Source: Cyanophora paradoxa CCMP329 (Eukaryota; Plantae; Glaucophyta). Taken from it: 64,000 bases of DNA. The stretch covers positions 39,948 through 103,947 of the forward strand of contig QPMI01000269.1 of the NCBI GenBank assembly GCA_004431415.1, read 5' to 3'. How positions within the stretch are numbered: position 1 is the first letter of the stretch; each line of letters opens with the position of its first letter. The translations under genes and the position numbers were made by a program. Shown one piece after another: positions 46,683 to 55,733 of this stretch. The notes beneath the pieces are model-generated. The model did not search any database. It worked only from the letters and a program-made list of their open reading frames with translations, and was not told the origin of the DNA.

Positions 46683-48402
46683 GGTTATGGTCGATATCGA
46701 TTCTGCTCGCGCAGGTCGCCTTTGCAAATCCTGGCGCAGACATTAGATCAATCAGATCCGCCACCCGACTCTCGGGAAGCCAGCGCGCGCGGCGCGCGCA
46801 CGGGCAGTCGGGATGGTCGGCGAGCCAGCGGTCTGGCGTGCGGGCCGAGGCTCGGCGTGAGCGAGGGCGCAGGTCCGGCCCCGACGGCGAGGGGCGAGGG
46901 GCGAGGGACGGGGCGGACCGATGCAGGGGGCGTGGAAGAAGTGCATACAGGGGACCGTCCGCACGCTCTCCCCCGCCTCGTAGTCCTCCATGCAGACCGC
47001 GCACCTGCCCCGCCCTGATCAGCACCGGCGAGGCCGGGGCGGGGCAGGGCGGGGCGGGCGAGCGGGGGGAAAGGGGCTCGCCTGGCGCGGTCCCTGTGCC
47101 TCTCGCGCTCGCGCTCGTCGCGGGGGATGTCGCCGGGCCGCAGCTGCCGGCGCGGGAACTGGGCGACCGTGTGCGGGGGTACGCCCCGGCTCACGTGGCC
47201 GATCTGCTCCTGCAGCGCCAGCAGCGCCTCATACCCCTCCTCCCTGCGCCCGCTGGCGCCGGCTCGTCGCGCGGCGGGGCGGGGGGGAGCGGTACCCGCC
47301 GATCTCGTCGGGCACTTGAATGGCCGGCGGCGGGGGCGGCCGCGGCGGCTGCGGGTGGCGGATGGCGGGTGGCGCGGGCGGCGGCAGGCGACGCAGCGGG
47401 AGAGGGCCAGGGCGCGGGAGGGGATCCAAGAACGGGGCGAGGCCGGCTTCTTGCTCCGAGATTCCCATCGCGATGAGCCTGTCGGTCTCGTGCATGGCCG
47501 CTGCGGCGCGCTCGGATCCCGAGAGCGGGGGCCGGGCCGGGCCGGGGCGGGGAAGGGCGGGAGGGGCGGGAAGGGCACCCTCGTAGCTGGCGTCCTCCTG
47601 CTGGGCGAGCAGCATGTCGGCCTCCCGCATGGCCGCTGCGGGGCCGTCGCGCTCAGAGCGGGGCGGGGCGGGCGGGGCGGGGGCGGGCGCGCCCTCGCGG
47701 TCGAGCTCCTCCTGCACCGCGCGGGCGAGCGCCGCGTCCGACGAGCCGTGCGACTGGGCCGCCACCCCGGGCGGCAGCGCCGGCTCCGGCGCCCCCGCCC
47801 CCGCCCCCGCCTCGTCCACCATCGCCTCGCCCGCCGCAGGCTCCGCGTCCGCTTCGAATGCCCATCGATTCCCCGGATCCGGTGGATACACGTTCGGCGT
47901 CGGCGGGGGCGCCCTGCTCCGCGCTGATACTTCGGCACGCCACGAGGCCTCTCCTCGTGCCGGCCGTCCGGCGTCGTACTCGCTGACCGCGGCCGGCGAC
48001 GGCAGCGGCTGCTGTACATATGTTCGAGCTGGCGCCGGCCATGCCCAAGCTGCCTGCGGAGGCCTAGACTGTAAGCCGGATCCGACGCGCGAAGGAAGGC
48101 CGGAGGAATGGGCGGCCGTCGGCGCGGCCGCCGGCGGTTCAGACCAGGGCGCGGCCGCGGCGCTGGCGCCTGCGCCGAGGAGACGCTCAAGGCGCCGCAG
48201 CCGCTCCGCGTGCTCCGCGAGCTGCTCCGATTGGGCGTCGAACCGCACGCTCAGATCCTCGAACGCCCGGCGCTGCTGCTGCGACTCGTCGACCAGGCGG
48301 CGGACGTCGTTCTGCAACTGTTCCCGAAGCCGCCGCTCCGCCCGGAGCTCGTCGAGGGCGCCGCGAAGGTTCTCCAGATGCAAACCCGAGTTCGTGGACA
48401 TG
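46683..48402 (-). CDS. RING-H2 E3 ligase with N-terminal coiled coil and UIM/MIU-like helices
   Basis: YEALLALQEQIGHVSRG followed by spliced CAVCMEDYEAGESVRTVPCMHFFHAPCI|DRWLADHPDCP|ICK. SDAALARAVQEE resembles an MIU-like motif. Confidence 0.85.
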
Positions 48403-48512
48403 ACAGCGGCCGTCGGACGCGTACGTCCGAACGCTCCTGACTGCCTCAATGCAAGCTTCCTGATGTGTGAACTAGTCCCTCCGGCCTGTTCGCGCGCTGC
48501 TGGTCCAGAAAG

Positions 48513-48578
48513 ACCAGCCGCCAGATTCGAGCCGGCGATCTTCGGATTTCGATGCATAGCTCATATGAGCCAGCTGGT
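48513..48578 (-). pseudogene. Degenerate tRNA-like sequence (tRNA relic or SINE head)
   Basis: Minus strand ACCAGCT G GCTC-ATAT-GAGC ... TCCGA AGATC GCCGG-CTCGAAT-CTGGC GGCTGGT gives acceptor, D and T stems; the anticodon stem is broken and the D loop short. Confidence 0.4.
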
Positions 48579-48766
48579 GTTGGCGACGCGAGGCCGAATT
48601 CGAATTCGAACGCCGATCGCGACCGGTATACGTACGGTAACGTACCAGCGCATGCGCGTGACGCTTCGACTCGCGCGCGATGTGCTGCGTGCACGTGCGT
48701 TCGCGGTACTTTCGCGTCATGATCAGTCACTACTAGGCTAGTACTGAGTGCTCGTACGCGTGCTGA

Positions 48767-51700
48767 TCATGACGTCGACCGCGGCCGTCGGACTCTCATC
48801 TCTAGCTGCCGCAGCCTGCCGGCGCCTAGAAGCTCTCCGCATACTTTTACTGAAACTTCACTTCGAGAGATTAATAAATAACGATAACAGAGCAAAATAC
48901 CAATAGACGCGGTAGCCAGAGCGAGATTCGCGTTGTGGCCCAACTTGTGGGGGATCACGGGGCCTCTAGACTTGAGCGGTGCTGCAGCTGGCCGTGGCGC
49001 TGGCCCAGCGAGCGCTCGCGCTGGTCGTTGTCCGCCCTGAGCGCCGCGAGGTCGGCCCGCAGCGCCGCCACGCACCGCTCCTGCCGCCACGTCAGACGCC
49101 CCAAATACAAGCGCGCGGCGCGCGCGGCGCGCGCCCGGGCGGTGGGGCGGGGGGTACGGGCGGGGCCGCACCACGTCGTCCCGCTCGCGCCGCAGGGCGC
49201 GCAGCTCGTCAGACTCCTCTGCGGGGGGCCCCTGCGCCGGCGCCGGCCCCGCATCGCGGGAGCCCGCCATCCCCGGCGGCCCCCGACCGCGCTCCCCCTC
49301 CTGCGCCCCGTGGCTTCTGGTAGCTAAGCGAGGATCGCCGGGTCCGGAGCCTGCCGGGGCGCCGGGAGCTAGTGGCGGCTGACAGGGCCGGTCGCCCAGC
49401 GCTCGGTCGGAGGGGCCGGGCTCCTCGAGGCGGAGGGGGGCGGGAGGCGCGGCGCCGGCGGGCGGGGGAGCTGGGGCGGGACCGAGGGCGAGCTCGCAGA
49501 AGCGGAGGACGGAGTTGAGCTCAGAGCGGCTTTCGCCGGCGACGCGGGCGCCGAAGAGCTCGCGGCTGAGGTACGCCCGCAGCGCCGCCGCCCCCTCGAA
49601 CTCGAGCGCCGCCGCCCCGCGGGGCGCCTCGAGCAGGCCCTCTCCATTGATCTCGTCGGGGCGGGGCAGCGGGTCGAGGAGGAGGGGGCGCCCCGCGGGC
49701 AGCGGGCCGCCCCACGCGACGAGGACGCTGTGCTCGACGAGGCTCGCAACGATCGCCCGCAGCCGGCCCGCCCGCCTGCCGCCGCCCTCCAGCGCCCCCG
49801 CGAGGTTCTCGAGGTCAGCGGGGCCGATCTGCCGCGCCGTGAGCCGGGCGGCGGGCGCAGGCGGGCCGGGGGCGCGCCTGGGGCCCGAGGACGTCGAGAA
49901 GGGGCTCGCCGGCGGCCAGCGGCGCGAGGGACGGCAGCGCGCGCAGCGTCGCCGCCTCGTCCTCGAGCCCTAGCAGCGCGGCTCCCACGCCGGCCTGCTT
50001 CGCCATGGCCGCCGCCGCCTCGATCCCTGCGGGCCCGGACGCGTCGGGCGGGACGGGGGACTGGAGGGAGGGCGCGGCGGGGACGCGGACGGCAGCGAGG
50101 GCGGCGGCGCAGTCCGGAGGGGGGCCGGCGGGCGCTGCGGAGAGCAGCTCGCGCGCGGCCGCGAGGCACGCGACGAGGCTCCAGCGGCGCTCCATCGCCG
50201 CCCGCGCCGGGGCCTCCTTGGCCGACCCTACAGCCCCGCCCTGTGAGAAAGCGGGGCGGGGCGGCGGGTCGGCGGGCCGGCGCACGGTACAGGCGGCGGC
50301 GCGGAAGCGCGTGCCGCTCGTAGTAGACCTCGACGCAGTTGCGGTCTGCCTGCGGGAGAGACGCGTGAGAGGGGCTGGCGGCCGGCGCGGCGCGGGCGGG
50401 GAGCGCGCCGTGCGGCGGTCGGAGGATTTGATCTCGTGCGCCCTCTGCGGCGGGGGCGCTCGCGCCTCAGCGAGGGCGGCCGCGGCGGGGGCCGGGGGCG
50501 GGGTGCCGGGCCGACGCACGGAGAGCCGGGGGACGGGCTCGCGGGCGCCCTCGTAGCGGACTCTGAAGCGGAACTCGACGCGGCGCAGCGGCAGGTCGAC
50601 CCGCACCCGCCATAGCACGCGCCGCGCGCTCGGGATCGCCGCCAGCGGCACCTCCCGCGCCCACTGCGCCCCGCCGCCCCTCCACCATCAGAGATGCGCG
50701 GGGCGGGGCGGGGCGGGGCGGGGCGGCGGCACATGGAGGGCGGGGTCGGGCCCGAAGGTGCCGACGGCGGCGACGGCCGCGACGCGCTCCTCGTTGGCAA
50801 GGCTTGGGTCCTCGTAGGCCAGCGTCACCGTGCGGAAGTCGAGCCGCGACTCGGCGAACTCGTAGCACCGCGGCGCCTCCTCGCCCTCCTCCTCCCCCAC
50901 CTCCGCCACCCCCGCCCCGCCGGCCGCCCCCGCCCCGGGGCTGCATGCCGGCAGGCCCGGTAGACTCGAGGGCCCGGCGTCGGGGACGGGGGAGGGGGCG
51001 GGCGACAGGGGCCGGGCGGGGGCGGGGGACGGGGGGCGGGCGGCGGTTCGGGACGGGGTGAGCGCTGGAGAGGCGGGGGGAGCGTCGGGAGAATGCAGTC
51101 GAGTCGATGGAGCGAGGGTTGGGGCGGGGGCGAAGGCGGGGCATGAGGACCGGGCGTAGGGGGGGGCCGGAGTGGGCGCTGGAGAGGGCGGCCGGGCGGG
51201 GGCGGGGGCCGAGGCGGGGGCGGGGGACGGGGGCCGGGCGGCGGCGGAGGCGCGGAAGGGGTCCCGCAGGTAATCGAGTCCGGCGAGCGGGTCTCGAGGG
51301 GCGTACGGAGCGGCGGAGTAGCGGTCGGAAGAGCGGGCGGCGAGAGGGGAGGCGGGCGCCGGCGGGGCCGGGGCCGGGGCCCCTCTGGAGGACGAGGGGG
51401 AGAGGAGCACCGAGTGGAGGGGGCCCGAGGGGAGGTGGTGGGACGTTGCCGCCTGCGCGGAGAGGCGCTGCGGCGTCTGCCTCAGGCGCTCCTGCACCGC
51501 GGACGGCACGGGTACGGGTATGCTGAACGACGGCTGATCCGCGGGGCGCGCCGAGCTCGCGCCGGGGCGGCTCTCATCGAATCTGTCGCCGCTGTCGCGC
51601 TCGCTGTCGCGGGCCGCCCCCAGAGACCCGCCGGCTGCCGCGGGCGACTGTGAGCGCTGGACGGGGACGCTTCGCGGCGCCTCTCGCGCGACCGGCGCTG

Positions 51701-52224
51701 GCTGCTGCTCGAAGCGCTGCTCGGAAAGGAGCTGCAGGCTGGCCTGAATGGAGCGCGCGCTCGAGGGCCGCGCCGCAGTCGCGGGGCTCGACTCCGCGGC
51801 CTCCTCAGCAGCGGAATACGAGGGACGCGAAGCTCCCGGCGTCACGGCTCGCGCTCTGCCGTATGTAGAGGAGGCGGCGTTTGCTGAGCCTGCGTAAACG
51901 TAGGCGGCGCCATATGCATCGAGCCGCCTTGGGGATGCAGCTATCACGTCGCTGGCGCTGCTGCTCGCACTGCCGCTCCTGCTGAAAGAACTGCTGCGGG
52001 GGGCGCTTGCTGGGCGCGCCAATGACGGCCGGCTTTCGCTGCTTGTTCGCGAAGCACGGGCTTCGAAGAGCAGGCTCTCGTCTTTTGCCTTCTTTACGGC
52101 GGCTGGGGCGCATATAAGCTCGCGGGAAGAGCGCTTTCTCGAATAACGCACCCGAACATATTGCGACGTGCGCCCGAACGTCGGCCGCGTACACGAAGCG
52201 GCCGCAATCCCGACACCAGCCCAT
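48767..52224 (-). CDS. UBZ-like finger + S/P-rich linker + CBM48-like domain + putative inactive VTD-like domain + coiled coil (paralog of 14314-16834)
   Basis: MGWCRDCGRFVYAADVRAHVAICS|AAVKKAKDESLL, PRCYEFAESR..VAAVGTFGPDP..VPLAAIPSA..VDLPLRRVEFRFRVRY, RRWSLVACL, LLLDPLP, LEFEGAAALRAYL. 3' exon joins uncertain. Confidence 0.68.
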
Positions 52225-52604
52225 CGCATCACATCCTAGGCACCATATGCATGTGGCACATGACGAGCTCCTCAGACTAGTACTGCTCTTCTTCCGCTTC
52301 GAATTCGGCGCTCTTTTTCAACTGGGGGTGGGCCGCGATGGGGGTACGAGCGTGACTTGATCATGAGTTCGAGGCTTCGAGCTCGAGCTCGTGTGGATCG
52401 ATATCATGAGGTCGATCGTGCATGATCGCGATCCGACCTACTCTTCCGGGTACCCCACCGGCGGTAAGCGTATCCGTATCATTCGCTCGAGCTCGCGCCG
52501 CCTCGCGGTGCCGCCACCGAATTGCACCAGCCTGGCAGCTAGCTCTCAGCTAGAGTCTGCAGCCAGCTAGCCACAGCCCGACCCGCGCCCGAGATTGCAA
52601 TTGA

Positions 52605-54879
52605 ATGGTTAGCCCAAGTGATCATGAGCAAGGCGGCTGGCCGTCGGAGATCTTCGAGCCTGGCGAGGAGGCGAAGGCGGAGGGGCTCGAACTCGCCTGC
52701 ACCGTCTGCTGCCTCGTCATGCGCGAGCCGGTGCGCCCTCCGTTCGTTGGCCTGTTCGCCCTGCGCGTGCATGCGGCAGGCCTAGGAGAACGTTTGTTGA
52801 CGCTGTTGCAATTGCGGCCTGCGCGCGCAGACGCTGCTGGGGTGCTCGAACGAGCACGCGCTGTGCCGGGCGTGTGCGGAGCGGCTGGCGCGGCAAGCGG
52901 GCTACCCGTTCGAGTACGAGTACATGAGGGCGCAGCTCAAGTGCCCTATCGACCGCGAGGTCATCGACCGCGATCGTTTCCGGCCGGCGGTGCGCGATTC
53001 CAGGCGAATCAACGAGCTGCGAGTGCAGTGCGTGTCTTTCCTATATATATCGCTTTAATTATATATATTTAATATTAAAAAATATTGATGCGCGTGCTGC
53101 GAACAGCTGTCCGTTCCGGGAGCGCGGCTGCGAGTGGCAGGGCGACCTGGGCTCGTTCACAGCCCACACAGAGCGCTGCGTGACGGGGTGGGGGGTCTGC
53201 GGGTGGTGCAAGGAGCGTGTTCTTCTTGACGAGCTTCGGGTGCGTTTTCACATATGCGCTCCTCGCGCCTCTTCCTTCCATTAGTGATCCAAGCCATGTG
53301 GTGGCGGCCATCGCACATGTACAGGCGCATGAGGCGGCGTGCCGACGGCCATGCCCCAATGTGGACCTTGGTTGCATCGCTCGTCTCTCTCGTTCCGAGC
53401 TTGAGGCGCACCTTGGTGACTTCCTGCTCTTTCTCGCGACCACTAGTACTTCCTGCTTTCGATCTGTAATGACGGCCTGCAGATTCATGCCTGCGGACTC
53501 TAGTCACGCGCCTCGTCCGCGAGAAGGATGAGCTTGCCCACGAGAGGGACAAGCTCATCCGCGAGAAAGGTGAGCGTGGCCATGGGTGGCCCACTCCGAG
53601 TACGCACGTGCACCTCCTGATCATTGCCGGCCGCGGGGGCCCAGGAGTGTTGATGCGGCGGGTGAAAGAATCTTCAGGGCAGCTTTCAGGCGTGCTGAAG
53701 CGCCAGATGGAGGCAGCCGACAAGCAGTCAGCGGCTGTAAAGCAACTCGAAGCAATGCGGTTTGATGCCGAGGCGCAAGTGAAAGACCTCTCCGCGCAAC
53801 TCGAAGCAATGCGGTTTCGGGCGGAGGCGGCCGAGGTTCAGCTGACTGAGCTACATGTGGCACCCGGGAAGAGCATCATGGATGCCGTGAGGTGGGCTGA
53901 TGCTGGACAGAAGATTCACCTTGCAGCAGGCGTGTGCGTGTCTCTTGCTCAATTCCGCGCTTGCTTCTCGCTCGCTAATTATTATAAAGCTGACATAAGT
54001 TGACTGATGCAGGTACAAGGAGCGGGTGGTGCTGGAGAAGGAGGTGCACATTGTTGGGCCGCGGGAGGCCATCCTGGAGTCAGACGGGTTCGAACCCACG
54101 CTCCATATCATGATCAAGGGGCCTAGGCCTGCGGCGCCGACCCTGCGAGGGATTACGATCCGCTCTCGGCAATCATCGGCAGTGAAGATTGAACCGGCCG
54201 CGGCCGTGGGGACCCGACGTGGTGAGGTACCGGTGGAAGTCACGGGATCGATCATCATAGAGGGTTGCGACATCAAGGGAGGCGCTAGCAAGCAGAGCCA
54301 TGGCATTTACGTGCTGAATGCATCACCTGTTCTGCGCGGTTAGCACATCACTTTCCGACCTCGAGCTCGGCCTTGCCTCGCGATTGCCGCATTGACCCTG
54401 CAGCACGCAGAGAACTTGGTGCACGATTCTGGTGGAGCTGCGATTTGGTTTTTCGGGGCTTCCCAGGGCATCGCGGAGGGCAATGATGTGTTTGGCAACA
54501 ACGAGGCAGGCATCGTGATCAGCGAGCGTGCAGATCCCATTGTACGGGCCAACAGGTGCCCAGCTCTTGTCCTTCCAGGCCCATCCACCATGTACGCCAT
54601 GTACCCTCTAGATCTGATTCCCTCAGCAGGATCCACGACCAGAAGTTCGCAATCGTTGTAAACCCTGGTGGCAAGGGAACCATCGAGGGGAACCACTTCG
54701 AGCGAATCTCGGATCCGACTAAGGCGCCCTATGGAGCGAGGGTCATTGATGGTGGCGTGATTCTCGGGGAAAACTGCACCCCCGTCATTCGGGGCAACAC
54801 GTTTGTATCAGCCGCTGAGCTTCGCGATCGAAGCAACGTACGAGCTCCTCAAGCTCCCCGTCCTTTCATATACTTATGA
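52605..54879 (+). CDS. TRAF-type RING + zinc fingers + coiled coil + right-handed beta-helix (FBXO11/NosD-like repeats) E3 ligase
   Basis: CTVCCLVMREP|..CSNEHALCRAC..KCPID, CPFRERGCEWQG..H...C, SIMDAVRWADAGQKIHLAAG|YKERVVL, EGNDVFGNNEAGIVISERADPIVRAN. Confidence 0.85.
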
Positions 54880-55733
54880 TATATAATTGGTCGCTAAATC
54901 AAAGCTTAGCTTTACCGGTTATTGCATGCGCAATCTAAAGCTATAGCTAAATTTGGAGATAGCTATATTTCTTTGGTGTCATAATCAGCCGCTGATCATG
55001 AGTGCAAGAGAACGATATCTGATGTTTTGACCAGATCTAGAAGTGCACGTGCGGGAAACGGAATTTGAACTAGTGACACTGCTGTGGCCGTGGCCCTAGG
55101 CCTGTGTGGATCCGGAATAGATCTATATATCATGATCAGGAAAGGCCAGTTTGAAAAGGAAATGCATGTGCATGTGAAATAACATTAACTATAATTTGTG
55201 CTGTGCTCGTGCCTGCACTGGTCGTGGAGGCCTGGGACTCGAGCTCTTAGAGTCTCACTGATCATGAGGCTGACAGGAGCCTCGAGCTCGGAGCTCCGAT
55301 CCCGAAACAGGCCTGCTCGCGGGGCCCCGTCCGGCTGCGGGGCAGGCCTATAGCTAGGCGGCCGCCGGGCGACCTCGTGCCCCAGCGCCGCCAGCAGCTG
55401 AGCGCGCGCACCCCCTCGGCCGGCAACGCGCACGGGGCACATAATTAAACATGCACATGCATTTATCATGGTTTTGGGGACGCCCTGCTGGGACGTCGAC
55501 CTGATCATGAGTACTACGGTAGTTCCTTGCTGAGCTTTGCGTCTTACTTAGCATATATACTTCTCTGGTCGCTGTGATGCCGGCATTCGTATCACTGTTA
55601 GGGTGACAGCCAGCTGATGTGGACGTGGCCCCAAATGAAGACATGTACGTCTACCCCCCATTCTCTTCTCCCCACCCGGCCCGAAAACAAAAAAACAAAA
55701 AACACGCAATTAAATCGCTGCGCGCGGGCGCGG

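Noticed and set aside
48767-49270. Independent small coiled-coil gene
   Set aside because: It resembles the C-terminal coiled coil of paralog 14314-16834, so it was treated as the 3' end of the 52224(-) gene.
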